The position numbers and the translations under genes were made by a program. This document shows positions 40,801-48,435 of a stretch of 64,000 nucleotides of DNA, one piece after another. The DNA is taken from IMG/VR virus record IMGVR_UViG_3300009703_002430, positions 19,646-83,645 of that record; one strand, 5' to 3'. The stretch's first letter is position 1. Each line of letters begins with the position of its first letter. This DNA comes from a virus. The notes beneath the pieces were generated by a model that had not been told where the DNA came from, made no database searches, and saw nothing but the letters and a program-made list of their open reading frames with translations.

Positions 40801-42011
40801 CTAGCAAGACTCATCGCGCTCTTAACCATAGACTGGAAGCCCTTAGAGCTTACGATGCCTCTCATCATGGCCGAGAATTCTTCTTTTACTTTGGTTATCT
40901 GAACCGCAAGCGCTTGTTGAGCCGTTGCTGCGTCATCTGCTAAAGAGTTACCACCTTCCATCGCAGCGTTCAATGCTGCCTGTGAAACACCAAACTCCTG
41001 CAGCAATGGAATAACCTTACCAATCTGGCGGAATCCACCAAGCTGTTCAGCTATTTGTACGAAGGTGAGGTCTCCCTGCTCCAAACCGGCAAGAGCCTCA
41101 CTAAGCTTTTGTATGGCAACATAGGGGCCAACAAATTTCCCATTAAGATCTACAAGCTCTACGCCAAACTGCTTTAAGTATTCAATTGTTTTGGGTCTTT
41201 GAATACGAGTAAAGATGGTACGCAGACCTGTAGCGATGGATTCTGCCGACTCACGAGTTGTCGCTCTTACAGAAGTAAACAGAGCGATGAGTTCATTTAG
41301 ATCACCACCGGCGGCTTTGAACACACCACCAGTACGCCGTATAACAGCGATTAAGTCACCGGCCTCAACAGCGAACTGTCCGGCTACGGCATTTATAGCA
41401 CCAAGTTGTTGCTCAAGAGCAGCAGCTCCTTGGCCAAACTGATTAAAGATAGCAACAGCGCCTTCTGCCGTTTGCGTAATATCATCAAACGTTGCAGCCA
41501 ACGTCGATCTCGCCAAGCTGCCCAAAGCTTGTTCAGTCTCTCTTGCAGACATACCCGCTTGAGACAGAATTCTAGAAACTTCGACAAGTTTACCAGAGCT
41601 AACACCTAAACTTGTAGCAAGCTCAGTGATAGTATTGGTAAGGCCTTTGAGGTCACCCATGGTCTTGCCAGTAACCTGAGAGATCTTTATCATTTCTCTC
41701 TCAAAGGTAATGGCTTCGCCAACGGCTTCAGACAAACCGGAAGTGAACGCACCAATAATTCTAGTAGCAACAGAAAACGCAGCGAACCTCTTGAAAGACT
41801 GAGCCATAGTCTTACCAAGTTGGTACGCTGTACTCTGAGTAGCCTTCATTTGGTTACCCAGATTTTTCATGTGCTTAGTAGCGGCTGGTGCTCCTGTAAC
41901 CTGTACATTCGCAGTAACGTTGCTAAGCTGAGCTTGCATCTGCCTAACAACGCTTGCCACATTTGTTGGTGCTGCTAATTGTAGTTGTGCAGTCAGTACG
42001 AATCTAGACAT
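34869..42011 (-). CDS. Tail tape measure protein (TP901-type N-terminal domain), 2380 aa
   Basis: FEREMIKISQVTG/AVAGQFAVEAGDL region typical of TP901-family TMPs; Ala/Gly-rich amphipathic helices; ~29-aa repeats at ~38650-39100; three DTVPAxLTPGEFV motifs. Confidence 0.92.
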   Translation of the reverse strand: MSRFVLTAQLQLAAPTNVASVVRQMQAQLSNVTANVQVTGAPAATKHMKNLGNQMKATQSTAYQLGKTMAQSFKRFAAFSVATRIIGAFTSGLSEAVGEAITFEREMIKISQVTGKTMGDLKGLTNTITELATSLGVSSGKLVEVSRILSQAGMSARETEQALGSLARSTLAATFDDITQTAEGAVAIFNQFGQGAAALEQQLGAINAVAGQFAVEAGDLIAVIRRTGGVFKAAGGDLNELIALFTSVRATTRESAESIATGLRTIFTRIQRPKTIEYLKQFGVELVDLNGKFVGPYVAIQKLSEALAGLEQGDLTFVQIAEQLGGFRQIGKVIPLLQEFGVSQAALNAAMEGGNSLADDAATAQQALAVQITKVKEEFSAMMRGIVSSKGFQSMVKSAMSLASAFIKILDALKEVIPLLMMMGTMKAFTMMKGFAGGLGAGMKGGMGRFNSGGMVPGSGNRDTVPALLTPGEFVIRKDSVRSIGAETLADMNARGYNRGGKIPGVQYYRLGTAKPGAVRKKMPGPKGEGVAPQTTIKTGKQKGQQKFYSKDNIAIGAIEGVNEAYEAAMKADGEDIYGAAFLRQSPQSMKMIGNIKNPEVTKKAIAAKVAKFQKDAAEIGLGSSAIQEMGEVNSSILNEKFFIQGGTLSQTKSENTEDAILGGVMQGISNATAAAFPTIAPGLKPMGADEIASLLKQTNIDNVIGNVFEGALIRAGGVSPYDPDRPNANDTFDFPAGMGGLTKNFLGLDKVGIPTDAKATFNQGSMKSLGKKAEAYEVKKSERILSHILTGASARLDEAQKRQTLNKGGMAAGASDTVPAMLTPGEFVVSKKAAQSIGYGRLDKMNRKGVEGYASGGMVGGPRKFFFGGRQSGGGAAGGAAPAINTGPAQTSMLAMAEAATKVSYQLETLKSVLTDATAKFGVADDKFLGTVNSAANDLAAGLTTAGNRIKQIVDGLSGKLVGPATKFQTEVTEGAAKLGGLDEIIKADMTAAVEKFSGSLTEAATKIGALDDYLKGELSKGVEKLSGAMTDASKISTIDDIVKEMLTKGAGAFNTAITNASAGISTVDDVIKALMTKAIKPLYTAIANASAGISSLDDMMRAELKAAMKPFRTSLAGAGKGMKGGGGTSMLAEQASKLAGRMMEAIHPITAMKNRIIQFTAVVERLTASAQMESQEHKQTTAGLNEQQAAYDRLAAEVQREAMELQQSHPGMQGAARGGMKGGGGGGGGGQGAMMGLMAVEMMMSSLTMGMEDATEGLGYWMTTISESIMPISMVVMALSMFSDKLINSSTLIAAALIAAATVMKDHAVKQKEAAIEAMNMADAQKHTTEEGKAGIAQMGAVAAMLGIMAKTGIGLIIAKRKEAKDTLVNSTAEQANTAATNTNTGATMRNSSAQMGGAASGAVGSAAMKGAGAANAIGAAGAAGGIKGGAAAAGKAGGRGMMGMMGALMNPLMILGALFLVVASQMEIFSDMFKVIRNFLSSWTGGLVASTAVMEAETAIAVKKKVAEEANEKQAKQLKDAMKELEEGTKSAAQLLHELEFGGVGADIDVSGAQNALERQRIKDSKSSGLENFLSIFAGPDVFGRQAGAQEAMDKNNAELRKSITKSLSEGMTPLVTNQAKAMAFATGGAGNKEDFMRNIESSGAFRMLEQKKADAQARGDTGMVEAIEGSQKDLRDKYAQMFDNINKEAARSVERLKAMNLGLRDLEAASAAAGMRVQNFVAGLEVGHSTLEQSFNTVQAALQTAGGAMTGAEFDKAFKNVEDQLNTLNIGGADISRFTNQLKGMAHVQRNFSKMFSDDFKAGLIAQGGAGDLSAQGLLDTLGDQVGQSMRGAGFDETVIKEIQSQFRGAKLSDEDFQKILGGDFSVVTDKLGDMNSNLQEKLQTMMQERIAAEKAIIDVTKKEVAARQQMVEAQRKAIDMQMEAADIIAKAGGPQVTPAMRKQMIVAGANAGSGAAGIGNLRNAGIGSLRDRRNQISAGLFATESQLQTESGRAGVAGVETDARQKALQKELNNYAKTVKDLIKVSQEELKIVQKKNELEKQSLQALIQGDMEKFLTDQAAVGATAAISLGDQQLASLFGADALGQAFENIQKMSEAGVRDVFGLDINEAQQRAAGMALSARGVDDPRMAAMLAGQTGEEQALKNEQIGLAQELAAAGQEMANFAQMQVQTAEINVQNAKIAANATNPNATVTTPGGFARGGMVYASNGMFIPRGTDTVPAMLTPGEFVVNRGAVQRGNNLQLLKAMNNGNAAQGYARGGRVQYLQRGSSRPIADNGGMIGIGLDPTVVTNLTNSLNQFNADLANNIAKLQNMKFKVKLDTANVNVNLNGGGFLADLKDNIKNELMQEVGEKIKTLEFDQSGRAKFGGGFLRNRN

Positions 42012-42048
42012 ATTTACCTCTAGTTGGCGCTGAGACTACACTATCCAT
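42004..42048 (-). other. Candidate 14-aa bridging micro-ORF (MDSVVSAPTRGKYV)
   Basis: ATG overlaps the chaperone stop (TAATG); stop TAG lies 8 nt into the TMP start. Confidence 0.3.
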
Positions 42049-42935
42049 TATTCTTCCGTTTTGTCTTCTATAGCTTCTTCTGTTGCTTTAGTTTCTGGTG
42101 CCTCTTCTTCTATAACAATGGGCTTACCATTGTCGTCAAGAAAAGTAACTGTAAATTCATAAGTACCGTCCTTAGTTACTTTGTTACCTTCCTTATCTAC
42201 ATAATCCCCTGAGTCGTCAATATAACGACCATCTTCATCTATCTTTTCCCCGCCTACATCGACAAGATTTCCCTGTTTGTCTATTAGGCTGAGCTTTTCA
42301 TCTACAAGTTTAAACTTCTTTAGGAACTGGTTTTCAGGCAGTTTTTCCTCAAAACCTTGGTCTAAAGAATACATCATTTCCGCTAAGGCAGAAGCTGCAG
42401 CAAAAGCAACCTCATCCTCTGCATTATCTTTATAATCATCTAAGGAATTATACACTCTTTTTCCGTCAGGGTGATATGTACACTTTGACACCATAAAATC
42501 GAATCTAGCATTGTCTGAGAGGGATTCTGCAGTGTTTGCTTCAAGGCCAATTCTTTCAGCTATGAGGTTTCTAAGCTCAATTCTAGACTTTCTCATCTCA
42601 ATGGCTAGCTCTCTTCCCTTACTAAGCTTCATCTTCGCGCCTTTAACGCTAGTACCTAAGTAAAGTTCTTTTTCGAGCTTTTTAATCTTAGCTGTTATTT
42701 TGTCTTCTTCCTTTTCTTTAGTCTCGTCCCAAATGTTTCTCTGCTTCATAAAAGCTTTGAGCTCTTTCTTGGTCATAACTCCGTCTTTGATGCATTGAGT
42801 CCAAGCCATAGCTCCAACCCGTTGTGCTTCTGTAAGGACGCTATTATTAGGACGTTTAATAACAACTGAAATTTTCTTTTCTTGTTCGGTTCCCTCATTG
42901 AGAACGACTTCTACAGTTTTTTCTTTAGATGGCAT
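42048..42935 (-). CDS. Putative tail assembly chaperone (295 aa) with acidic DxxG-repeat C-terminus
   Basis: Immediately upstream of the TMP; GAGGAGG-AATAAAT-ATG supports start 42935 rather than 42992. Confidence 0.7.
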   Translation of the reverse strand: MPSKEKTVEVVLNEGTEQEKKISVVIKRPNNSVLTEAQRVGAMAWTQCIKDGVMTKKELKAFMKQRNIWDETKEKEEDKITAKIKKLEKELYLGTSVKGAKMKLSKGRELAIEMRKSRIELRNLIAERIGLEANTAESLSDNARFDFMVSKCTYHPDGKRVYNSLDDYKDNAEDEVAFAAASALAEMMYSLDQGFEEKLPENQFLKKFKLVDEKLSLIDKQGNLVDVGGEKIDEDGRYIDDSGDYVDKEGNKVTKDGTYEFTVTFLDDNGKPIVIEEEAPETKATEEAIEDKTEE

Positions 42936-42937
42936 AT

Positions 42938-43306
42938 TTATTCCTCCTCTTTCTTGGTTACAAACGGTATGCTCATACTGTATTTTAACCATTTAATATC
43001 ATACTGAGATAACTCAGCGTCCACGTTCCTAGCCTGATTATTGCCTTTATCCAATATCTCAGACCTAATCTTCTGATAAATTTCTTTCATATATAACTGC
43101 TCTTCGGAAGCAGGTTCACCGTCTTCGTGATTCCATAGAAACCCAAAGTTTTCCTCGATGCAGCTAAGCGCGCCGATCATTGTGGTTTCTATTTTTTTCT
43201 TTATAATCTTAGATAGCCTATCTTTTGAGTCTGTCCTATATTTATCTTCTCGTTGTTTTTTATAGTCTGACCTTTTACGAATCAGATCTGCGTAGTTGTC
43301 ATCCAT
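42938..43306 (-). CDS. Hypothetical helical protein in the chaperone region
   Basis: 122 aa, TAATG-coupled to the upstream gene. Confidence 0.75.
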   Translation of the reverse strand: MDDNYADLIRKRSDYKKQREDKYRTDSKDRLSKIIKKKIETTMIGALSCIEENFGFLWNHEDGEPASEEQLYMKEIYQKIRSEILDKGNNQARNVDAELSQYDIKWLKYSMSIPFVTKKEEE

Positions 43307-44364
43307 TATCCACCTCTAAATTTCCCTTTAAACATTTGATTACTTTGAGTAACCATTTTTAGTTTCTCATCCTGAAAACCTCCAGCCTGTAAAGCGTCTT
43401 CCGCTCCACTGTCGTGCCTTCTTTTGAGCTTCATATCCCTTTGCTTTTTAATGAATTGAGCTCCGGGAGTGTTCATATTTTCAATGTTTTCTCTGTGTCT
43501 ATCGTTTTGAGACACGACAAATATTTCATCAGAGTTCTTAATATTCTCGTTAGTGGATGCTTCAAAGTCGGATTGCGCCTTATCTCTCTTGCGATCCTCG
43601 CCTTGTTTTATAAACCATCCGTCTAACAAGTCATCGTCCTCAATAACGAAGTCTTCTGGGCAGTCCATAGACTGCTGTATGTTGTCATATATTTGCGCCC
43701 AAATAAGCAAAGCCTTTTGAGCCTGCGTTGCTTGGCCATTGTTCTGAAACAGTTTATATTGATTAGTGTCTTTTAGAGACCACAGGCTTTTCCAAGGTTC
43801 ATGCCTCACAAAATCCCTTATTTCAGTCTCTGAGTGCATTGCTGTTCTCCAGAGATTTAAGACGCTTCTCTGGTCAACTTCTGCAAAATCATATAAGCTA
43901 CCATCAATATTATAAGTGCATTGTTCAACTTTCCATAAATCCCTAGCGGTTTCTCCCACGCCTTCGCAAGTATTATGCCGGTACTCTAATTTTCTGGCAT
44001 ACATCTTCTCAAGCGCTTCTGTAGCGGCTCGTATATAAAGCCGTATTCTTTCCCTAGTGCTGTCTATATTCCTGTTAAGGTAAATTTCTTTCCTGAGTTT
44101 TTCTAGATCCTTTTCAATGCCCTTAATCTGTTTGTCGTCTTCGATAGTCCAGATTCCATGCTCATACATCCAGTTAAGCATGTCATCTTCTGTCATTACA
44201 TCCTCCAAGTATGCTTCATTGTAGGCATCCATATAGATATTCAATGATAGCACGTCTTGTTCTATTGTAGTTGGTTGGATATATAGTTTTTGACCCCTCG
44301 TATCTATATATGTCTTCCCGCTACGTATCCTAGCTATAAAAAACTCCCGCATATGCTGTTTCAT
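43306..44364 (-). CDS. Putative tail assembly chaperone-like protein (352 aa), paralog of 42048-42935
   Basis: Between tube and TMP; shares VMT..(M/L)...M....IW and NT.E.....AR......CTY..DG..(V/L)Y blocks with the 295-aa gene. Confidence 0.65.
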   Translation of the reverse strand: MKQHMREFFIARIRSGKTYIDTRGQKLYIQPTTIEQDVLSLNIYMDAYNEAYLEDVMTEDDMLNWMYEHGIWTIEDDKQIKGIEKDLEKLRKEIYLNRNIDSTRERIRLYIRAATEALEKMYARKLEYRHNTCEGVGETARDLWKVEQCTYNIDGSLYDFAEVDQRSVLNLWRTAMHSETEIRDFVRHEPWKSLWSLKDTNQYKLFQNNGQATQAQKALLIWAQIYDNIQQSMDCPEDFVIEDDDLLDGWFIKQGEDRKRDKAQSDFEASTNENIKNSDEIFVVSQNDRHRENIENMNTPGAQFIKKQRDMKLKRRHDSGAEDALQAGGFQDEKLKMVTQSNQMFKGKFRGG

Positions 44365-44399
44365 TACGAGACCTCATAGCGGGAGCTGTGTACTTTCAT
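44364..44399 (-). other. 11-aa leader micro-ORF (MKVHSSRYEVS) coupled to the 352-aa gene
   Basis: GGAAGGAATAAAT-ATG; the 13-nt initiation region is identical to that of 42935; ends TAATG on the next start. Confidence 0.5.
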
Positions 44400-44466
44400 A
44401 TTTATTCCTTCCAACTATCGTATATAGAAGCAGCCCTGTAAGCTTCCATATTATGCATCACCAGTA

Positions 44467-45666
44467 TTACTCTGGTGGCATACCCATCATACCTGATTGA
44501 CCGGGAGCATAGTCCAACGAAGCTGGATCTTTACGGTGCATTACGGTCAAGTCGTTAAAGTTGGTATAACTGTAGGTGATAGAAACGTTACCACCAGTTG
44601 CGTCACCACCACCATAGCTTACAGAAGAAAGTCTATTCTTCTTACCAAGGTCAAATGTGGTTCTGTCTCGCAAGGAAATAACAATTCTACTTTCCTGAGT
44701 GTTGTTACCAGACGCTGCTTCATCAGAAAACAGTGCTGGATCGCCAACTTCGTAGGCACCAACAAAGTCACCGGAGATAGCGATTGCTTCGATCTCGCAA
44801 CTAACTTCAATTGGGAATGATGTGGCACGATAGTATGGAGCTTTTCTACCAAGTTCCAAGATGTCTTCACGAGAGAAGTCAGTACTGATACTAACATTCT
44901 GAAGGTGAACTCTAGGAATTTCGTTAGCAAAGTCATATCCGTTACCACTTTCGATAATTGTGTCGTCACTAGTGTCATGGGTTGTGTTCCAAGCGACTGC
45001 CTTAATTCCATAAATGTCTTTAGGAAGAACGCATCTTGTCAGAATAACATCTTCTCTTCTTTGGATACCACCACTAAAGCCACTCATAGCTTGAGGAACA
45101 TCAGCACCATCAATATTCTGATGACCGCCAAGAACCTCAGTTTGGTTACTTTCGAGTTTCATGCTAGACTGGTTTGTCTGCCACTCTTTATGGTTTCCAA
45201 CGAGAGTAATCGACTCAGTTGCATTTCCATCAACTGGAATCGTATAGCTAACGTTACCAAGATATGCTCCAGAACACTTAACTTCAACCTGTGGCTTGTC
45301 TTGGCTACCATCAGTAACAGCATCAAATGCGTCACTATAGATACCTAAATACAGGTCGCAGCGTTCTTTAGATCTACCAACCAGACCGGCAGATGATGCC
45401 GATGGAGAAGACAAGTGGTAAAGTAGTGGATATCCATCCAGCACTTTCTCCATTGTAACTTCTACATCTGGAAGACCTTCGATGTTTTCATAAATTTGGA
45501 TTTGACCAAGCTCGAAAGCCTGTTCCAAATTAAAGTTAGTTGTAATTCCTACGCTCTGCACACCATGAGCAATCGTAGGTGCGGTTGAATCACCTTGCGG
45601 ATTAATTCCAACAAGCTGGCAAGCATAGAAAATTCTATTATTTGCTGTGTCATAAGGGGATGCCAT
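44467..45666 (-). CDS. Major tail (tube) protein
   Basis: Position before chaperones/TMP; GVQSVGITTNFNLEQAFELGQ and REDILELG motifs typical of tube folds; strong GAGGAG SD and promoter-like motif. Confidence 0.75.
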   Translation of the reverse strand: MASPYDTANNRIFYACQLVGINPQGDSTAPTIAHGVQSVGITTNFNLEQAFELGQIQIYENIEGLPDVEVTMEKVLDGYPLLYHLSSPSASSAGLVGRSKERCDLYLGIYSDAFDAVTDGSQDKPQVEVKCSGAYLGNVSYTIPVDGNATESITLVGNHKEWQTNQSSMKLESNQTEVLGGHQNIDGADVPQAMSGFSGGIQRREDVILTRCVLPKDIYGIKAVAWNTTHDTSDDTIIESGNGYDFANEIPRVHLQNVSISTDFSREDILELGRKAPYYRATSFPIEVSCEIEAIAISGDFVGAYEVGDPALFSDEAASGNNTQESRIVISLRDRTTFDLGKKNRLSSVSYGGGDATGGNVSITYSYTNFNDLTVMHRKDPASLDYAPGQSGMMGMPPE

Positions 45667-45694
45667 TTAATCTCTCCTCTAGAAAGTTGTTATT

Positions 45695-45710
45695 CTATCT
45701 TATTATACAC
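45695..45710 (-). promoter_or_regulatory. Putative late promoter GTGTATAATAAGATAG
   Basis: Intergenic, upstream of the tube gene; matches the shared motif. Confidence 0.6.
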
Positions 45711-45715
45711 AAATA

Positions 45716-46708
45716 TTAAATACTTGTGCGAATCACTTCTGTTGTTAACTTGACTATGCCACCGTACAAATTAGTATTAATCATATCAATACCTTGAACA
45801 GAGGCGTTTTGCAGCCTAACGTGGCCGCCAAAATGTTTCCGGACTAGATCTGGAAACTGCAAAGCCCCAGAACCCGGCGTTCCTCTATAATCTAACGGAA
45901 ATTCCCCGCTAGAGGCTATAGAGTTGCTGTCATATTTATGCAAAGTCTTATCATTTTGCATTGAAACCAAATCTAGTAAATTATTTCTGGTTATACTATC
46001 CTCTGCTATGCAGTGAAACAATACGTCTGTATAGACTTTTTGTCCACCTCCTAGCTGATATCCTTGAAACACTCTCCTTGGAACAATTTCTACAGCTATT
46101 AAGGGAAGTTGTAGTCGCTGTTCTGGTAGTTCATCCCAAGCACCTTTTCCAGTCTGCAGGAATTCAGAGTTTATGTCATATGACCTATACTGAATATCCC
46201 TTAGCCATGGTACGGCACTGGCATAGTCTACATTTATCCACTTGTGGCTATGAGCTACTTGCACAACACTGCCAGTTGGTAATGCTGTATCAAAAATAAC
46301 CTTGCCATTATAGTAGTCTATGTGGTGGGCATATGTACCAGTTGTTGTGGTACCATGAAACCCTCCGTTAACAAAGACTCCTGAAATTCCCGGAGCAGTA
46401 TTATTACTGCCCACATAAGGAGATGGGCTGTGGCTTACCCCGCTCTGCCAAACCCAATTACCTCTGAATCCTTCCCAAACTTGCCCAGATGTATATCTCT
46501 CATCTGAAGAAAGTCTCATCCTGCTCATATCTTGACCATTTGGAGCGGTCTCTCCAACATCTATATTGAAGTAGTTACCCTTTTGTAAAAGAGTCCAATC
46601 TAACCACTCTACTAAGTTGTCTTGTATTTCATTGTTTAAGTTCGCGCTAAAAACGCTACTTATACCTTTTAGAGTAAAAGGATCATACAGTCCACTATTC
46701 CTAATCAT
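45716..46708 (-). CDS. Putative tail terminator/neck protein
   Basis: Directly upstream of the tube gene; C-term LPLIAVEIV...DVLFHCIAED..RNNLLD resembles the terminator fold. Assigned largely by synteny. Confidence 0.6.
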   Translation of the reverse strand: MIRNSGLYDPFTLKGISSVFSANLNNEIQDNLVEWLDWTLLQKGNYFNIDVGETAPNGQDMSRMRLSSDERYTSGQVWEGFRGNWVWQSGVSHSPSPYVGSNNTAPGISGVFVNGGFHGTTTTGTYAHHIDYYNGKVIFDTALPTGSVVQVAHSHKWINVDYASAVPWLRDIQYRSYDINSEFLQTGKGAWDELPEQRLQLPLIAVEIVPRRVFQGYQLGGGQKVYTDVLFHCIAEDSITRNNLLDLVSMQNDKTLHKYDSNSIASSGEFPLDYRGTPGSGALQFPDLVRKHFGGHVRLQNASVQGIDMINTNLYGGIVKLTTEVIRTSI

Positions 46709-46723
46709 CTTTCGACCCTTTTT

Positions 46724-47353
46724 CTAAAACTTTAGAGCTCTGCTGAATATATCTGCTATTTCCTTTTCCCTACCGCTAAATGCTCTAGTTATAAAGTTGT
46801 TACCCTCTTCTCCGGCAAATTGGGGAGGAACCCTCCAAGCTCCACCCGATGTCATCGTTCCGCCGCCAGATCTACCGCCTTTGCCCGGCGTATACTGGTA
46901 TCCAACAACTATTGTTTTGTTTCCAGAAAGTAGTAAATGCCTCAGCCAATGTCCCTCGGGATAAGCTGTATTAATACCTTCTTGTAAATTAAGTAAATTT
47001 TTGAAGCTAGACGGTTGGAAGTTTAGCCACAAGCCGCCGTTCTTCATATATTTGTTATAGTATTTAATTTCAACCGTAGTGGCCTTAGCCACAGAAAGCC
47101 CAATCGCATATACTGCCTTACCTCCATCAGCCGCAGATAACCCAAACTGCGCAGATAAACTTCCCGGCCCGTCTTGGGCCATCGCCTGCATTTCAGGCTG
47201 AGACTGAATCCAGCTGTATAGCTTTCCAGTTGTCTCCCTAACTATCGTCTTTTTAGCAACTCTTAAACGCTTGTTTACATCTTCTGAAATAGCGGCTTTT
47301 ATTTTATCGTCAATCGCGGGAATTGTATCTAAAAGCTTTAAGCTTATCTTCAT
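46724..47353 (-). CDS. Putative tail completion/neck protein (HK97 gp10-like position)
   Basis: Start likely 47353, 1 nt after the upstream TAG; ends GNNFITRAF, a gp10-like C-terminus. Confidence 0.55.
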   Translation of the reverse strand: MKISLKLLDTIPAIDDKIKAAISEDVNKRLRVAKKTIVRETTGKLYSWIQSQPEMQAMAQDGPGSLSAQFGLSAADGGKAVYAIGLSVAKATTVEIKYYNKYMKNGGLWLNFQPSSFKNLLNLQEGINTAYPEGHWLRHLLLSGNKTIVVGYQYTPGKGGRSGGGTMTSGGAWRVPPQFAGEEGNNFITRAFSGREKEIADIFSRALKF

Positions 47354-47354
47354 A

Positions 47355-47849
47355 CTAAACCCTTTCCCAAAAACATGCAAAGTATCTATCTTGCTTCAGA
47401 CCCATAGGGTAGTGCTCTCCAGATCTTTGGAACCTTATTTCTCCGTAGTCCTTTATGTCTTTGTGAATAATTAACTCTTTAGCTCTAAGTATTTTAGGGA
47501 GATCTGTCATGTACGCAATCGTTTGAACAGCGCCTTCAGGGATTACAATATCCCCTCCAACCTTTATCCAACTGCGACTATCCCAATATACCTTGAGCTT
47601 TATGTCCTCCGTCTTTTCGACCTCTTTGTAAACTTTGTTGGATCTAACATATCCGGGATTACCACCGCCTCTTCTATGTGCGCTGATAGATCTCACCTCT
47701 GGAAAGTTATCATCAAAGCTCCCGTCGTCTGTGATTTCCTCAACAGTCTCTATATATACCAGTTGACAAGTAACGCCAAAGATATTAAAGGTTGAGTCTA
47801 TCACTTCAAAGTACTTATCAAAGACACTTTGTGGGACATTAATAGCCAT
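47355..47849 (-). CDS. Putative head-closure (stopper) protein
   Basis: 164 aa beta-rich; position in the neck module; AGGAG SD. Confidence 0.55.
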   Translation of the reverse strand: MAINVPQSVFDKYFEVIDSTFNIFGVTCQLVYIETVEEITDDGSFDDNFPEVRSISAHRRGGGNPGYVRSNKVYKEVEKTEDIKLKVYWDSRSWIKVGGDIVIPEGAVQTIAYMTDLPKILRAKELIIHKDIKDYGEIRFQRSGEHYPMGLKQDRYFACFWERV

Positions 47850-47862
47850 TGTTTAATTACTC

Positions 47863-48147
47863 CTAAGCGCTATCGCCAGAATAGTATCTAGGATCATCGA
47901 ATCTGTTGGTATATTTTGTTTCCAAGGCTGCTGCATTGTACGCTGTGTTAACACCGTCTACTGCACCCTTAGCAACTACTGGTGTAACACCAGATCCAAC
48001 ACCGAGATCGCTAACGTCACCTATCCTCAAGACATACTTAGAGCCGACATGCTGAGCAGCGCTGCTGCCCTTTGGGGCTCCAACGAGACATGTGCCGTTT
48101 CTCTCTTGAGTATCGCTTGAATGAGCGTTTGTTGCTACATCTGCCAT
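47863..48147 (-). CDS. Small hypothetical (possible virion) protein
   Basis: 94 aa; GGAG SD; tight spacing. Confidence 0.75.
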   Translation of the reverse strand: MADVATNAHSSDTQERNGTCLVGAPKGSSAAQHVGSKYVLRIGDVSDLGVGSGVTPVVAKGAVDGVNTAYNAAALETKYTNRFDDPRYYSGDSA

Positions 48148-48171
48148 TTTTACTCTCCGGTTAAAAAATTA

Positions 48172-48423
48172 TTATAAACTGTTTATTCCGTTTTCTTCTC
48201 TCCATTGGCTCACGTTTATATCTTTAAGCCAAGGAAACTTACTTTCCATCTCTCTTCTTGCGGCTATAACAACCGCATGTTTTCTTGCTATGCAATTAAT
48301 ATCCCAATCATGTGTTTCTATCACACGTTTCATTTGGTCTCTTTTAACAAGTCTTAGCAGCCAGTCTCCGTCCCATATGGCTGCATAAGCTAAAGTTATT
48401 GCGTATTGTTCTTCAGGAGTCAT
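48172..48423 (-). CDS. Small hypothetical protein
   Basis: 83 aa; AAGG SD; tight spacing. Confidence 0.7.
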   Translation of the reverse strand: MTPEEQYAITLAYAAIWDGDWLLRLVKRDQMKRVIETHDWDINCIARKHAVVIAARREMESKFPWLKDINVSQWREENGINSL

Positions 48424-48435
48424 ATTATACCTTTC

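Noticed and set aside
42935-42992. Extended start (42992) or -1 frameshift fusing the 122-aa and 295-aa genes
   Set aside because: The -1 frame is open for 19 codons but has no canonical slippery heptamer; a strong GAGGAGG SD supports independent initiation at 42935.
43300-43335. TTTAAAG/GGGAAAT as a -1 slippery site at the end of the 352-aa gene
   Set aside because: The heptamers are in XXX YYY Z phase, not X XXY YYZ, and the -1 frame has a TAG four codons before the next ATG.
47353-47380. Start at 47380 for the 218-aa ORF
   Set aside because: Would overlap the upstream gene by 26 nt; ATG 47353 follows the upstream stop by 1 nt, matching the genome's coupling pattern.
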